Counted from the stretch's first letter, positions 1 through 11,748 are shown. The stretch: DNA of 64,000 bases from Minisyncoccota bacterium (GCA_016211945.1 JACRHV010000006.1:146093-210092); one strand, 5' to 3'. Notes: generated by a model from the letters alone, not told the origin. A program made the numbers and translations.

Positions 1-436
1 CACAAAAGGCGAATATGTGCCGTCACTAAGCGGCGAAGGGAAAATGAGCAAGTCGGTTGAGGGGAGCTTTATTAATTTAACAGATTCGCTCGACGAAATT
101 CGCAAAAAAGTACGTTCAGTTCCAACGGCGACGGTAGCAGGCGGGGAGATGACCGGGGGAGTAAAAACGCTTTTCACTTTCCTCGAATTGTGTTCACCAG
201 ACCAAGTCGCGTCATTCAAAAATGAGTTTGAAGAGAGGACATTGAAGTTTGTTGCACTAAAAGATGCGGTAACCGATGCGATCTATACAATGCTCAAACC
301 ATTGCAGGAAAAACGCGTCAAGTTAGTGCAAGATCAAGCATATATCGACAATGTCATTTGTGAAGGCGCAGAAAAAGCACGTCATATTGCTCGAAAAACA
401 GTAAATGAAGTCAAAGAAAAAATGGGGTTGGAGTGA
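1..436 (+). CDS. trpS: Tryptophanyl-tRNA synthetase, C-terminal part (5' end outside window)
   Basis: KMSKS motif (GEGKMSKS), then I.L.D..DEIRKKV and the typical C-terminus GAEKAR.IA..T..EVKEKMGL. Confidence 0.93.
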   Translation, partial: TKGEYVPSLSGEGKMSKSVEGSFINLTDSLDEIRKKVRSVPTATVAGGEMTGGVKTLFTFLELCSPDQVASFKNEFEERTLKFVALKDAVTDAIYTMLKPLQEKRVKLVQDQAYIDNVICEGAEKARHIARKTVNEVKEKMGLE

Positions 437-460
437 GGAGGAAACATTTCAAGTGAAGTT

Positions 461-742
461 GTGAAGATGGCTGAAGAGTTAGAGAGAAAGCATGGACGTT
501 CTCCTGCAAGAACGTTTCAACTTGCTGTGACTGTGTGTGATAAACAGAAAATTTATGGCGCTTCTTCAAAAGAAGAAAGGGAAGATTGCAAAAGAGAAAT
601 GGAAAAATTTCAGGCAATCTTAAAAAAGATTATTGAATCCTATGGAGGCATTGAGGTTATTGATAATTGGCTCATAGCACACGACACACATCAATTACTC
701 AATGGAATTAAGGATATGGATTGGGATTTTTTATCCAAATAA
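461..742 (+). CDS. Hypothetical protein
   Basis: 93-aa ORF filling the gap between trpS and the next gene; no recognised motif. Confidence 0.6.
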   Translation: MKMAEELERKHGRSPARTFQLAVTVCDKQKIYGASSKEEREDCKREMEKFQAILKKIIESYGGIEVIDNWLIAHDTHQLLNGIKDMDWDFLSK

Positions 743-784
743 TACTTTCATTGCCCCCATCTTTCCCGCATGCTACAATCGCGC

Positions 785-1126
785 ATGCTCATGAAAACGT
801 CTATCGCATATTCAGATTTTGAGAAGCTTGATTTTCGCATCGGAACAATTGTAGAGGCATCGGCGCCAGAGTGGTCCTCGAAGCTTCTTCGATTTGTTGT
901 TGATTTTGGCGCAGAAATCGGGAAAAGGATTATTTTTTCCGGGATTCGAAAATGGTATGCTCCGGAAGATTGTATCGGCAAACAATACATTTTTCTTGTC
1001 AACCTCGAATCAAAGAAAATGGGTGATGAAGAAAGTCAGGGAATGATGGTCATGATAGATACCGATGAGCAACCCATCGTTGTTACACTTCAACAAACGG
1101 TTGCAAACGGAACGACTGTTCGTTAA
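785..1126 (+). CDS. Stand-alone tRNA-binding OB-fold protein (MetG C-terminal/CsaA/Trbp111-like)
   Basis: DFEKLDFRIGTI, KLL..VD.G..KR.I.SGI, VNLE..KM....SQGM motifs; TGcTACAAT just upstream (start 785 or 791). Confidence 0.85.
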   Translation: MLMKTSIAYSDFEKLDFRIGTIVEASAPEWSSKLLRFVVDFGAEIGKRIIFSGIRKWYAPEDCIGKQYIFLVNLESKKMGDEESQGMMVMIDTDEQPIVVTLQQTVANGTTVR

Positions 1127-1161
1127 TTTCAGGTACAATACTAGAAGAAGGGACTGGTGAT

Positions 1162-3036
1162 ATGGAAGAGAAGAAAAAATCCAACGGCAAACACATGAAG
1201 AAAATTGAGATGCAGATTAATGTAAATCCCAAAAACATGGTGTTGTGGGTCATGATTGGCCTTCTCTTTTTGCCATACCTTTTCTCACTCATATCCGGAG
1301 GGAACGGAAATAAAATTGCACTTTCCCAATTAGTGAATGATGTGCGTGATCAAAAAGTGCAAAAAATTAAAATTACAGGACAAGATGTTGATGTTTTATA
1401 TAAAGATGGCGGAAAGAAAATAACGCGAAAAGAAGAATCACAACAACTGACGGAAGTATTTCAAGCTTCAAGCATCGATCCTTCTTCTGTAGAAACAGAG
1501 GTTGTGATACCTTCACTTACTACACAGTTTTTTTCCTTTTTTGCAAACTACGTATTACCTGCGCTTATTATTGGGGTGTTGATTCTCGTTCTCATGCGTC
1601 GTCAAATGGGCGGTGATGGCGGCATTTTTGCAATGGGCAAGTCTCGAGCCAAGTTGTTTAATAAGGGAAAGCAGGACGTAAAGTTTGGTGATGTTGGTGG
1701 GTTGAAAGAGGCGAAGCGAGAGCTAGAGGAAGTCGTTGACTTCCTCAAAAATCCAAAAAAATATAAAGATGTTGGGGCGCGTGTTCCCAAGGGTGTTTTA
1801 TTAGTTGGTCCAAGTGGAACCGGTAAAACCATGCTCGCCCGTGCTGTCGCCGGAGAAGCCAACGTCCCCTTCCTTTCCATGGCTGGTTCGGAGTTCATGG
1901 AGATGTTGGTTGGTGTTGGAGCCTCGCGTGCGCGCGATCTTTTTGAGACGGCAAAAAAGACTGCGCCGTCGATTATTTTTATCGATGAAATTGATGCGAT
2001 TGGCCGCATGCGCGGATTTGGCTCAATGGGTGGTCACGATGAACGCGAGCAAACACTCAATCAAATCTTAGTTGAAATGGATGGATTTACCCAGAACGAT
2101 GCAGTCATTGTGTTGGCTGCAACAAACCGTGGGGATCTTCTTGATCCTGCGCTCGTGCGTCCGGGACGATTCGACCGTCGCGTAACCTTAGATCTTCCAG
2201 ATCTTGAAGAACGCAAGTTTATTTTAAATATTCACTCAAAGAACAAACCATTCGTGAAAAACATTGATTGGGATAAAATTTCTAAACGAACCGTTGGATT
2301 TTCTGGTGCTGATCTTGAAAACATGCTCAACGAGGCTGCTATTCTCATCGCACGTGAAGGTCGAACAGAGATTAACACAAAAGATATCGAAGAAGCAGCG
2401 CTAAAAGTTAAACTCGGTCCGGAGAAGAAAAAACTCCAGTCCGACCTTGAAAGAAAAATGACGGCGTACCACGAGGGTGGCCACGCGATTCTTGCGCACT
2501 TCTTGCCAAATACAGATCCCGTCCACCGGATCTCCATTGTGTCTCGTGGACATGCGCTTGGGTTTACCATGACGCCTCCAGAACAAGATAAGTACCAGCA
2601 AACACAGTCAGAATTAGAAGATCAAATCGTGGTGTTGTTTGGCGGACGCACCGCTGAAAAATTGGTGTTCGAAGAACTCACGGGCGGCGCAAGTAGTGAT
2701 ATTGAACGTGCCACACGTATTGCACGTGCCATGGTGATTGACTATGGCATGTCGCCACTTGGTCCTATGAATTTTGGTCCGTTGTACGATACCTCGGACT
2801 ATGGACGTGTGATGGGAGAGCCGCCACGGTTGTCTGATGCGCTCCAAGCAAAGGTGGACCATGAGATTACATCGATTGTTGATCGTGCAACCAAAAAGGC
2901 AGAGGTATTGCTGAAGAAATATATGAAAAAATTGGATCTCGTGGCAGAAAAATTGCTTGAAATTGAGACGGTAGAAGGGGACGAATTTGAAGCACTTATG
3001 GGTGAGAAAAAAACACGCGCAACACCATTGTTGTAA
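1162..3036 (+). CDS. ftsH: ATP-dependent zinc metalloprotease FtsH
   Basis: Two TM helices, Walker A GPSGTGKT, Walker B IFIDEID, SRH ATNR..LDPAL.RPGRFDR, Zn motif HEGGH. Confidence 0.98.
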   Translation: MEEKKKSNGKHMKKIEMQINVNPKNMVLWVMIGLLFLPYLFSLISGGNGNKIALSQLVNDVRDQKVQKIKITGQDVDVLYKDGGKKITRKEESQQLTEVFQASSIDPSSVETEVVIPSLTTQFFSFFANYVLPALIIGVLILVLMRRQMGGDGGIFAMGKSRAKLFNKGKQDVKFGDVGGLKEAKRELEEVVDFLKNPKKYKDVGARVPKGVLLVGPSGTGKTMLARAVAGEANVPFLSMAGSEFMEMLVGVGASRARDLFETAKKTAPSIIFIDEIDAIGRMRGFGSMGGHDEREQTLNQILVEMDGFTQNDAVIVLAATNRGDLLDPALVRPGRFDRRVTLDLPDLEERKFILNIHSKNKPFVKNIDWDKISKRTVGFSGADLENMLNEAAILIAREGRTEINTKDIEEAALKVKLGPEKKKLQSDLERKMTAYHEGGHAILAHFLPNTDPVHRISIVSRGHALGFTMTPPEQDKYQQTQSELEDQIVVLFGGRTAEKLVFEELTGGASSDIERATRIARAMVIDYGMSPLGPMNFGPLYDTSDYGRVMGEPPRLSDALQAKVDHEITSIVDRATKKAEVLLKKYMKKLDLVAEKLLEIETVEGDEFEALMGEKKTRATPLL

Positions 3037-3056
3037 TTCAATGATACACTAGAAAG

Positions 3057-3521
3057 ATGTCTGAATTTTCTGCCCATAAAACATTTACGAGGCGTTTAAT
3101 CCATCACCGTCCTTTTCGTAACGCACTTCTTTTTCTTCTCGTTTTTTCGATTTTTCTCGGTGTCATCATCGTTCCAATAGAGTCCACACATCGATTTGCA
3201 AAGATCCATACCACTGAAGAGGGATTATGGTGGGCCGTGACAACGGTGACGGGAGTTGGTTTTGGCGACTATGTTCCTGTGACAACGTTGGGAAGAATAA
3301 TAGGAGCCGTATTGGAGATAACCGGTGTTACGATGTTTGGGTTGCTGATAGGTATCATCGGCATTACCATGACAAAGAGACAGGAAGAGTATACATGGTT
3401 TCGATTATTTGATCGGCTCGATCAAATTGAAACACGCATTGGACATATGGAAAAAGGAAACTCAACAATTATTAAACATAATTTTGAAGAAGAAAAAACT
3501 ACGTCTCAAAAAATTTCTTAA
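3057..3521 (+). CDS. Two-TM potassium channel family protein (KcsA-like)
   Basis: TM-pore-TM layout; WWAVTTVTGVGFGD.VP.T..GR signature. Confidence 0.88.
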   Translation: MSEFSAHKTFTRRLIHHRPFRNALLFLLVFSIFLGVIIVPIESTHRFAKIHTTEEGLWWAVTTVTGVGFGDYVPVTTLGRIIGAVLEITGVTMFGLLIGIIGITMTKRQEEYTWFRLFDRLDQIETRIGHMEKGNSTIIKHNFEEEKTTSQKIS

Positions 3522-3948
3522 AAACAAACTGTTGCTTGATTTTTTTATATCCGAGATGTTCGTAAAATCCATGCGCTTGTGTACGTGAAACATTGCTAGA
3601 AAGAACGATGATATGAATGTCTTGTCTTTTTGTCCATTCTTCAACACTCTTTATGAGTTGAGACCCTACTCCTTTTCCTTGATATTTATCAAGAACAGCG
3701 AGTCCGTGGAGCTCAACTGATCGTGGAGTTTCCAAAAGGTCGCGAATATATGCATGACAAAAACCAATAATCTTATCATCGTCTTTTGCAATATACAGTA
3801 CATGTGAAACTTGAGAGCAGATGCGTTGAAGTTTTTGTGTAATTTCTTCCAGGGTGTTGGGATATCCCATCATCTCAACGAGGGGTAGCATATCGTATGC
3901 TATTTTTGCATCCGCAAGCGAAATAGAAATATTCATGATATAAATCAT
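3499..3948 (-). CDS. GNAT family N-acetyltransferase
   Basis: Motif A LAV...YQGKGVG; AH.FYE.LGY. Confidence 0.9.
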   Translation of the reverse strand: MIYIMNISISLADAKIAYDMLPLVEMMGYPNTLEEITQKLQRICSQVSHVLYIAKDDDKIIGFCHAYIRDLLETPRSVELHGLAVLDKYQGKGVGSQLIKSVEEWTKRQDIHIIVLSSNVSRTQAHGFYEHLGYKKIKQQFVFKKFFET

Positions 3949-3978
3949 ATCCTATCAAATCTTTGCTACAATGTTCCA

Positions 3979-4920
3979 ATGGCGGACAAGAAAAAAGAAA
4001 CACTTGTACTCATCGATGGACATGCATTGGTGTTTCGCGCTTTTCACGCCTTTCCACCACTTACAACGTCCGATGGTGAACTTGTAAATGCAGTCTACGG
4101 CTTTACGCGTATTTTGTTAAAGGTTATTAAAGATCTCCAGCCAAAATATATTGCGGTTGCGTTTGATATGGGAAAGCCGACCTTTCGGCACACAGAGTTT
4201 GTGGGATATAAAGCACAAAGAAAAGAAACACCAAGCGAACTTATCAGTCAGCTTGGTCGTGTGCAGGACATGGTTCGCGCACTCAATATTCCGATTTTTG
4301 GCGTGGAAGGATATGAAGCAGACGATGTGATTGGAACAATTGCCGAAACAATGAAAAACAAGGTGAAGGTGTTGATTGTGACGGGGGATAAGGATGCGTT
4401 TCAACTCGTTCAAGATGATAAGGTAATGGTTTACATGCCCCCGCGCCAGCGTGAGGATGCGAAAGAATACAACGAAAAAGATGTTGAGGAAAAAATGGGA
4501 ATTCCGCCGTCGCTCATTGTAGACTATAAAGCACTTTCCGGTGATCAATCGGACAATATTCCAGGAGTTCAAGGTGTGGGCCCAAAGACAGCGGTGACAT
4601 TATTGAAAACATTTGGATCGGTAGATGGGATATATGAGGCCCTACAAGATCCGTCAAAACTCAATGGTGAACAAAAAACAGTACTTAAAGAAAAACTTGT
4701 GGAGAAACTTGTGAATGGTCACGACTCAGCACGCATGAGTCGGCATCTTGCAACCATTGATCGCACCGTCCCGCTTTCATTTGTTCTGGACAATTGTGCT
4801 GTAAGTGGGTATGACAAACAGAAAACCGTTGAGCTGTTGGACAAACTTGGATTTAAAAGTTTGGTAAATCTTTTGCCTGCTGATGAGTTTGAAAAAGGCG
4901 TTCAGGAGGCGCTTTTTTAA
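3979..4920 (+). CDS. Stand-alone 5'-3' exonuclease (PolA N-terminal domain only)
   Basis: LIDGH, FR...YKA.R, YEADDVIGT, TGDKD, GD.SDNIPGV.GVGPKTA; ends at 313 aa with no polymerase domain. Confidence 0.93.
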   Translation: MADKKKETLVLIDGHALVFRAFHAFPPLTTSDGELVNAVYGFTRILLKVIKDLQPKYIAVAFDMGKPTFRHTEFVGYKAQRKETPSELISQLGRVQDMVRALNIPIFGVEGYEADDVIGTIAETMKNKVKVLIVTGDKDAFQLVQDDKVMVYMPPRQREDAKEYNEKDVEEKMGIPPSLIVDYKALSGDQSDNIPGVQGVGPKTAVTLLKTFGSVDGIYEALQDPSKLNGEQKTVLKEKLVEKLVNGHDSARMSRHLATIDRTVPLSFVLDNCAVSGYDKQKTVELLDKLGFKSLVNLLPADEFEKGVQEALF

Positions 4921-6020
4921 TGGACAAAAAAACACTACGTATCGCACTTGTTCACGATTACCTACGAGAGTACGGTGGGGCGGAACGGGTGGTGGAAGCG
5001 CTGCATGAGATGTTCCCATCCGCTCCGCTATACACCGCATTTGTAGACAAGGAGGCGATGGGGACACAGTGGAAACGATTTGAGAACTGGGATGTTCGTG
5101 AATCGTGGGCAAAGAACATCCCTGGGATAAAAATGTTGTATTCACCATTGCGTGTTTTTGCAGACAAATTTTTTCAATCATTTAATCTTTCTACATACGA
5201 TATTGTGATTTCATCAACCAATGTGTATATGGCAAAGAGCGTGCGTACAGCAAAAAATGCGAGGCATTTTTGTTATTGTCACACTCCACCAAGATCGCTG
5301 TATGGATATACCACCATGACTGACTGGAAGAAAAACCCATTCATTCGTGTAGCTGGAGAACTTGTAAATCATTACATGCGTATTGTTGATTTCAAAACAG
5401 CACAGAATCCTACACAGTTCATTGCGAACTCCAAAGAAGTCCAAAAAAGAATAACAAAATTTTATCGAAGAGACTCGATTGTTGTGTATCCGCCCATTTT
5501 AGTTCCTCCCTTTCCTCCTCATGATGAAAAAGAAGATTTTTGTTTGTATGTTGGACGACTCGCAGCGAGCAAACACGTTGATTTGGTTGTCAAAACATGT
5601 ACGACGATGAAACAGAAATTGTTTGTTGTTGGATCAGGTAAATTACCTGCATACCTCCGATCACTTGCAGGAGACTCTGTATCATTTTTGGGATCTGTTT
5701 CTGACGAAGTATTGAATCGACTTTACGAAAAGGCAAAGGTTGTCATCTATCCCGCAGAAGATGAAGATTTTGGCATGATTCCCGTTGAGGCGATGGCACG
5801 CGGAACTCCTGTTATTGTGCACCGATCCGGAGGCTTCCTCGAGTCCGTCGTCGACGGGAAAACTGGAATATTTATCGACGATTTTACCGAGAAAACATTG
5901 CAAACTGCAATTCATACATGCGAGAAAACGCATTGGGATCACGCCGCAATTTACCGGCACGCAAAACGGTTTTCAAAAGAACGATTTCAAAAAGAAATAC
6001 TGGAACTGATTTCAGGGTGA
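4920..6020 (+). CDS. Glycosyltransferase family 4
   Basis: HDYL...GGAERV N-terminus and EDFGMIPVEAMA.G.PV C-terminal motif. Confidence 0.93.
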   Translation: MDKKTLRIALVHDYLREYGGAERVVEALHEMFPSAPLYTAFVDKEAMGTQWKRFENWDVRESWAKNIPGIKMLYSPLRVFADKFFQSFNLSTYDIVISSTNVYMAKSVRTAKNARHFCYCHTPPRSLYGYTTMTDWKKNPFIRVAGELVNHYMRIVDFKTAQNPTQFIANSKEVQKRITKFYRRDSIVVYPPILVPPFPPHDEKEDFCLYVGRLAASKHVDLVVKTCTTMKQKLFVVGSGKLPAYLRSLAGDSVSFLGSVSDEVLNRLYEKAKVVIYPAEDEDFGMIPVEAMARGTPVIVHRSGGFLESVVDGKTGIFIDDFTEKTLQTAIHTCEKTHWDHAAIYRHAKRFSKERFQKEILELISG

Positions 6021-6028
6021 CGCATTTC

Positions 6029-7513
6029 TTATGGTGTCGCAGGCGACGTTGCCGTTATTTCAGCTGCCGGTGTTACCACTTGTGACTCCAACGGAATCAA
6101 TCGAATCGACGCAACGGAGTTCACGGTCATCGGTATTACGATCCTCAACTCAGCAGAAGTAGTAGACACTTCTTGCCTATCGTTTCTTCCATCCAAAAAT
6201 TGTTGGTCCACAACAAATCGTGATCCAACAACATTGCGAAATGTTACAGGAACATTCTCGTTATGTTTTCCTGCGGGATCGTAGTTTGCCAAAACAACAG
6301 TTGTCGTGTCACCGGATCGTGCGGCCATTCCCTTTACCCAGCTTCCCTTTCCCAAAATAGGCAAGCGTTGGTTTCCAATACCATCAATCATGCGAAGTGC
6401 GCGATATCGAGGTTTCACTTTTGCGCCAAAGTCTTTGTGTGTAAACAACCCCCATCTCCCCCAATACTCCTTTCCCTCCGGGCCTTTCCCATCTTGGATC
6501 TCAAATACAAATCCGCGCTGAATTTGTCCCACCATCTCGGTTGCAACCGCAGCAGTATGTGCCGCACCAAAAATACCGTCGTACCCAAAATCAACCTCAG
6601 AGTCGTGTCCCCATTCTGTAATATGAAACTCCACGTTTGCGAACTGCGGGAACGACGCAACCCAGTTTTGAATATCGCGAAAGTCCCGGCGGTACGCGTC
6701 AATATCGCGTGCGTACCGATGCCAGGAAAGAAAATCCAAGCGCAAGTTGTTTTTACTCACATGATCCAAAAGCTCAGTGATCCAGTTTTTGTATAAACCG
6801 GTTGTTGCGGGTCCACCAAACGTAAATGTTTTTGCGCCGTTTGCCGCAGCCTGTTGCGCACCACGGGAGGCGTAGGTATACAGTGTTAAGTAATTTTTTG
6901 AACTCCCAATTCTCCATTTTCCAAACAAGTCTGGCTCGTTCCACACTTCATATGCGACATTCTCAATTCCACGATCCTTACTAAAATGCTCAACGGTGCG
7001 CTGGATAACCTGTTGGTACTCGTTCCAGTTCGAAGGTTGGCCTACAATGTCGCCACTTGGCGCAAGAACAGATGGAGTATATGACAAAGCGATGTACGGT
7101 TTTGCTCCGGTATTCAAAATATCGGTCACAACAGCGTCCATTTTTGTCCAGTTGTATTGGAGTCCGCCATTTCCACCACGCGACACAATGTCAAAAAAAT
7201 CGTAGATGTGATCGATGCGAATATACTCCGGCTGAAGTGCTTTCACTTGTGCGACGAGTGGCTGGAGTCTCCAATCTTTATCTTCCCCTCCTTGTGCAAG
7301 GTTGCGCCACGGTCTCGGCATAGGGCCTAAAATTGCCTGTGTATCAATGGAAATATTCGCCTCTTCACCAGAGGCCCCAATAAAAAGATCGCGAATAGTA
7401 CTCAGATTGGACACCCCAATAAAAATGCTCACAGTTAAAAGGATGATAGGAATAAGAGTAAAGATTGTTTTTCTTAGGTAGGTTTGACGATGTTTAGCTG
7501 CGGCAGTTGGCAT
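6029..7513 (-). CDS. Membrane-anchored glycoside hydrolase, GH39-like (clan GH-A)
   Basis: N-terminal TM; YEVWNEPD acid/base, LDFLSWH.Y, ITEWG nucleophile. Confidence 0.8.
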   Translation of the reverse strand: MPTAAAKHRQTYLRKTIFTLIPIILLTVSIFIGVSNLSTIRDLFIGASGEEANISIDTQAILGPMPRPWRNLAQGGEDKDWRLQPLVAQVKALQPEYIRIDHIYDFFDIVSRGGNGGLQYNWTKMDAVVTDILNTGAKPYIALSYTPSVLAPSGDIVGQPSNWNEYQQVIQRTVEHFSKDRGIENVAYEVWNEPDLFGKWRIGSSKNYLTLYTYASRGAQQAAANGAKTFTFGGPATTGLYKNWITELLDHVSKNNLRLDFLSWHRYARDIDAYRRDFRDIQNWVASFPQFANVEFHITEWGHDSEVDFGYDGIFGAAHTAAVATEMVGQIQRGFVFEIQDGKGPEGKEYWGRWGLFTHKDFGAKVKPRYRALRMIDGIGNQRLPILGKGSWVKGMAARSGDTTTVVLANYDPAGKHNENVPVTFRNVVGSRFVVDQQFLDGRNDRQEVSTTSAELRIVIPMTVNSVASIRLIPLESQVVTPAAEITATSPATP

Positions 7514-7571
7514 ACTCTACTAGAGTACTCAGTTTTCAGGAGAATCACAAGTATTCTCATTCCATTTACTG

Positions 7572-7609
7572 TTGACACGCCATTAGCACTCATGATAGTA
7601 TTCTGCTAA
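7572..7609 (+). promoter_or_regulatory. Sigma70 promoter overlapped by a CIRCE operator
   Basis: TTGACA 7572-7577, TGnTAGTAT 7593-7601; TTAGCACTC-N9-TTCTGCTAA 7583-7609 (consensus TTAGCACTC-N9-GAGTGCTAA) directly upstream of hrcA. Confidence 0.88.
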
Positions 7610-7645
7610 TTCGTCTGCGTTTTGCAGAAGAATCAAAGGAAATAT

Positions 7646-8377
7646 ATGGTCGATCTTACATCAAGACAAGTCCAGATCCTCAAAGCTGTTATTGAGGAAT
7701 ATCTCGAAACAGCTGAGCCCGTTGGGTCTGATACCATCGACAAGAAGTATAACCTCGGGGTTTCTCCCGCAACCATCCGCAACGAGATGGTGAATTTGTC
7801 TGAACAAGGCTATCTTAAACAACCCCACACTTCAGCTGGCCGCATCCCCACAGCAACCGCACTCAAACTTTATGTCAAAGAACTCATGAACAAGAAGAAC
7901 CTGTCTGTTGCAGACGAAGTATCCATGAAGGAGCGGATTTGGGAGACAAAAGACGATCTCAACACACTTCTCCAGGAGTCCGCAAAGGTTTTAGCTGAGC
8001 GGACAAAATCCATTGGGATTGCGTTTACCGATGACAATAAACACGCCTATCACGCGGGATACGCACATATTCTCGATGCACCGGAATTTTTTGATCTTGA
8101 TGTGACACGCACCGTCCTTTCTCTCTTGGAAGAAACACGCCAACTTGATACGATCTTCAATAAAGTGTGGGGTGATGATGTTGTTCATCTTGTGTTAGGA
8201 GAGGACCTTGGGAATGTCTACCTCGAACCCGTAAGCATCATGTTTACAGATTTTACTTGTGCAAATCGACATTGTTCACTCGGAGTTATTGGTCCAAGTC
8301 GACTAAACTATCAACGCGTGGTACCAATGCTTGAGTATTTTCATGATCTCATCACAAGTGTGATTCCAAATAAGTAA
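7646..8377 (+). CDS. hrcA: Heat-inducible transcription repressor HrcA (short form)
   Basis: LT.RQ..IL..I.EY..T.EPVGS, SPATIRNEM..L...GYL.QPHTSAGRIPT, GVIGP.R..Y. Confidence 0.96.
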   Translation: MVDLTSRQVQILKAVIEEYLETAEPVGSDTIDKKYNLGVSPATIRNEMVNLSEQGYLKQPHTSAGRIPTATALKLYVKELMNKKNLSVADEVSMKERIWETKDDLNTLLQESAKVLAERTKSIGIAFTDDNKHAYHAGYAHILDAPEFFDLDVTRTVLSLLEETRQLDTIFNKVWGDDVVHLVLGEDLGNVYLEPVSIMFTDFTCANRHCSLGVIGPSRLNYQRVVPMLEYFHDLITSVIPNK

Positions 8378-8386
8378 AGAAAAACT

Positions 8387-8902
8387 ATGCCAACACATCA
8401 AAAACAACCACAAAAAGACGCACATCTTGCCCAAGAAATTGAGGCATTGAAGAAATTGGTGCAGGAAAAAGACGATGTGAATAAGCGCGCACTGGCAGAT
8501 TATATCAATCTTCAAAAGCGCACCGAGGAAGATCGAAAAAAGCTCGCAAAGATTATTATCGCAACCTTCGCGTCGCAACTCTTAGAACCGTTGCGTAATC
8601 TTGAGTTGCAGTTTGACCACGCAAAAGATCCCGTGATTGGTCTTGTGATTAAACAAATCAAGCAGACGTTTGGACAAGAAGGGATTATTGAGGTTGGAAA
8701 TGTGGGAGACGAATACTCGGAAGAATCTATGGAGGTTGTGGAGACTACAGATGGAGAGAAAAACAAGGTGGTGCGAGTGGTGCAAAAAGGATATGTACTG
8801 GATGGATTTGTATTACAGCCGGCAAAAGTTGTGGTTGGCCACACGGAACACATTGAAAAACAGGAAGATAAAAAAATAGAAAAGCAAAGTTCAGAAAAAT
8901 AA
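8387..8902 (+). CDS. grpE: Nucleotide exchange factor GrpE
   Basis: RALADY.NL.KR; V..VVQKGY.L...VL.PAKVVV; position between hrcA and dnaK. Confidence 0.93.
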   Translation: MPTHQKQPQKDAHLAQEIEALKKLVQEKDDVNKRALADYINLQKRTEEDRKKLAKIIIATFASQLLEPLRNLELQFDHAKDPVIGLVIKQIKQTFGQEGIIEVGNVGDEYSEESMEVVETTDGEKNKVVRVVQKGYVLDGFVLQPAKVVVGHTEHIEKQEDKKIEKQSSEK

Positions 8903-8912
8903 AGGAGGAACT

Positions 8913-10865
8913 ATGGCAAACTCAGGAAAAATTATCGGTATTGACCTCGGAACAACAAACTCCGCAGTCGCGGTGATGGAAGGTGGATCGCCAAAGGTCA
9001 TCCCAACCGCTGAGGGTTCAAATACGTTTCCGTCAATCGTGAGTCTCACAAAAAAAGGTGACTCGGTCGTGGTGGGAACGCCCGCAAAACGGCAAGCAAT
9101 CTTGAATCCAAAGAACACCATTGTTTCTGTCAAAAGACTTATGGGCCGCAAGCTTAAGGATGCCGAGGTTGAGAAGACCAAGAAACATGTGTCGTACACC
9201 ATTGTTGGTGGGAAAGACGACATGGCCGCGGTAGAGGTTGAGGGGAAAACATATACCCCACAAGAAATCTCGGCAAAAATCTTAATGAAAGCAAAGGCTG
9301 ATGCAGAGGCCTATTTGGGCGGCACGGTTGATCGTGCAGTGATTACCGTTCCGGCATATTTTGATGACTCACAACGCCAGGCAACCAAGCAGGCTGGTGA
9401 GATTGCGGGACTCAAAGTTGAGCGTATTTTGAACGAACCAACAGCCGCAGCTCTTGCCTACGGACTCGACAAAAAAACAAACGAAACGATCGTTGTCTAC
9501 GATCTTGGCGGTGGTACGTTTGATGTCACGGTGTTGGAAATCGGTGGCGGGGTTTTTGAGGTGAAAGCCACAAACGGCGATACCTTTTTAGGTGGTGACG
9601 ACTTTGATGCAAAGATCATTGAATGGATCGTTGCGGAGTTCAAGAAAGAAAACAGTATTGATTTGTCGAAGGACAACCAAGCGCTTCAACGTGTCCGTGA
9701 CGCTGCGGAACGGGCAAAGATCGAGTTGTCATCTGCACAGCAAACAGAGATCAATCAGCCATTCATTACACAAGGGCCGAATGGTCCGCTTCACCTTACC
9801 ATGACGCTTACGCGCGCCAAGATGGAAACGCTCGTTGATGAGTTGATCCAGAAGACATTTGGACCGGTGAAGCAAGCAATGAAGGATGCGGGAATTGGTG
9901 TGGACAAAGTAAATGAAGTTGTGTTGGTTGGTGGAATGACCCGTATGCCAAAGGTGCAGGACGAGGTGAAAAAGTTTTTTGGCAAGGAGCCGCACAAAGG
10001 TGTAAACCCCGATGAGGTGGTGGCGGTTGGTGCCGCGGTACAGGCCGGTGTCATTGGCGGTGACGTCAAAGATATTTTGTTGTTGGATGTCACACCACTA
10101 ACTTTGGGCCTAGAAACGCTTGGTGGTGTTCGCACAGCATTGATCCCGCGTAACACGACCGTTCCAACGAGCAAGTCGCAGATCTTCTCTACTGCCGCGG
10201 ACAATCAAACCTCGGTTGAGATCAATGTTTTGCAGGGTGAACGTGAGTTTGCCGCGGACAACAAGTCACTCGGCCGATTCATCTTGGATGGTATTCCGCC
10301 AGCTATGCGTGGTGTCCCGCAGGTTGAGGTAACCTTCGACATTGATGCCAACGGTATTCTACACGTCACTGCGAAAGATAAAACGAGTGGGAAAGAACAG
10401 AAAATCTCTATTCAGAACTCCACGAACTTGTCACAGGAAGAAATCGAGAAGATGAAGGCCGACGCAGAGAAGCATGCTGACGAGGACCGCAAGAAAAAGG
10501 AAGTGGTTGAGGCACGCAACAAAGCAAGTGGTGTCGCGTTTGAAATAGACAAACAGCTGAAGGAATATGGTGACAAAATTCCTGAAAGTGACAAGAAGGC
10601 GATTGAGGAAAACGTCAAGAAACTGAAGGAGTTGGCGGAAAAGCCGGAGTCTTCAAAAGAAGATTTGGAGAAGGCTACCGAGGAAACGCTCAAATCTGCA
10701 CAGAAGATTGGTGAAGCGATGGCAAAAGTACAACAGACAACGGCGGGAGCTGGAGCAGCAAGTGCCTCGGGTGCGGGTGCCGCCGGAGCGAAAGACGAGA
10801 AGAGCGCCAAAAGCGACAAAAAAGCAGACGGAAAAGTAGAGGAAGGTGAGGTTGTGAAGGAATAG
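8913..10865 (+). CDS. dnaK: Chaperone DnaK (Hsp70)
   Basis: [41 protein letters not shown]; SD AAGGAGG upstream. Confidence 0.99.
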   Translation: MANSGKIIGIDLGTTNSAVAVMEGGSPKVIPTAEGSNTFPSIVSLTKKGDSVVVGTPAKRQAILNPKNTIVSVKRLMGRKLKDAEVEKTKKHVSYTIVGGKDDMAAVEVEGKTYTPQEISAKILMKAKADAEAYLGGTVDRAVITVPAYFDDSQRQATKQAGEIAGLKVERILNEPTAAALAYGLDKKTNETIVVYDLGGGTFDVTVLEIGGGVFEVKATNGDTFLGGDDFDAKIIEWIVAEFKKENSIDLSKDNQALQRVRDAAERAKIELSSAQQTEINQPFITQGPNGPLHLTMTLTRAKMETLVDELIQKTFGPVKQAMKDAGIGVDKVNEVVLVGGMTRMPKVQDEVKKFFGKEPHKGVNPDEVVAVGAAVQAGVIGGDVKDILLLDVTPLTLGLETLGGVRTALIPRNTTVPTSKSQIFSTAADNQTSVEINVLQGEREFAADNKSLGRFILDGIPPAMRGVPQVEVTFDIDANGILHVTAKDKTSGKEQKISIQNSTNLSQEEIEKMKADAEKHADEDRKKKEVVEARNKASGVAFEIDKQLKEYGDKIPESDKKAIEENVKKLKELAEKPESSKEDLEKATEETLKSAQKIGEAMAKVQQTTAGAGAASASGAGAAGAKDEKSAKSDKKADGKVEEGEVVKE

Positions 10866-10887
10866 TTCCTTTGCACTCAAATACACG

Positions 10888-11748
10888 GTGAGCAAACGCG
10901 ACTTCTACGACGTCCTCGGTGTTTCTAAGTCTGCCTCTCAAGCGGAGATTAAAGCCGCGTATAGAAAGCTCGCATTGCAGTACCATCCGGATCGCAACAA
11001 AGCATCAGATGCGGAAACAAAATTCAAGGAAGTAAACGAGGCGTACCAAGTCTTAGGTGACGAGAAAAAACGCGAACAATACAACCAATTTGGTCATAAT
11101 GCTTTTGATCCTAACAGCGGTTTTGGTGGCGGCAATCCATTTTCCGGCGGATTTCAGCAAGGGCCGTTTACCTATCAATACAGTTCAAGTGGGGGAAACC
11201 CATTTGGCGGATTTGATTTTGGACAAGGTGGCGATCCGTTTGAAATTTTTGAGAGTTTCTTTGGCGGCAATCCGTTTGGCGGGCGCGCACAGCGTAAACC
11301 TCGATACACACTCACTGTCTCTTTTATGGACGCGGCAAAAGGTGCCGAGAAAGCCGTTTCTATTGAAGGGAAAAAACATACTATAAAGATCCCGGCGGGT
11401 GCGGATGACGGGACGCGCATTCGATTTTCCGAGTTTGATATTACCTTGGACGTGAAACCCGATGCTGTGTTTAGGCGCGATGGGTATGATGTCTATGTCG
11501 ATCAGGAAATTCCATTAACCACCGCGATCTTGGGAGGAATGGTTGACGTTCCCACCCTGGATGGTCCTTTGACGTTGAAGGTGCGGCCGGGGACACAGCC
11601 GAACACCATGGTCCGCCTTCGCGAGCAAGGTATTCAATATCTCCAGCGGAGAGCAAAAGGCGACCAGTATATTCGCTTGATCGTAAAAATTCCGGAAAAA
11701 CTTTCTCGTCAACAAAAAGAATTGATCGAGGAATTGGCGAGGTTATAG
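10888..11748 (+). CDS. dnaJ: J-domain co-chaperone, class B (DnaJ/CbpA-like, no zinc finger)
   Basis: J domain with HPD, G/F-rich linker, C-terminal domain; no CxxCxGxG repeats. Confidence 0.9.
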   Translation: MSKRDFYDVLGVSKSASQAEIKAAYRKLALQYHPDRNKASDAETKFKEVNEAYQVLGDEKKREQYNQFGHNAFDPNSGFGGGNPFSGGFQQGPFTYQYSSSGGNPFGGFDFGQGGDPFEIFESFFGGNPFGGRAQRKPRYTLTVSFMDAAKGAEKAVSIEGKKHTIKIPAGADDGTRIRFSEFDITLDVKPDAVFRRDGYDVYVDQEIPLTTAILGGMVDVPTLDGPLTLKVRPGTQPNTMVRLREQGIQYLQRRAKGDQYIRLIVKIPEKLSRQQKELIEELARL

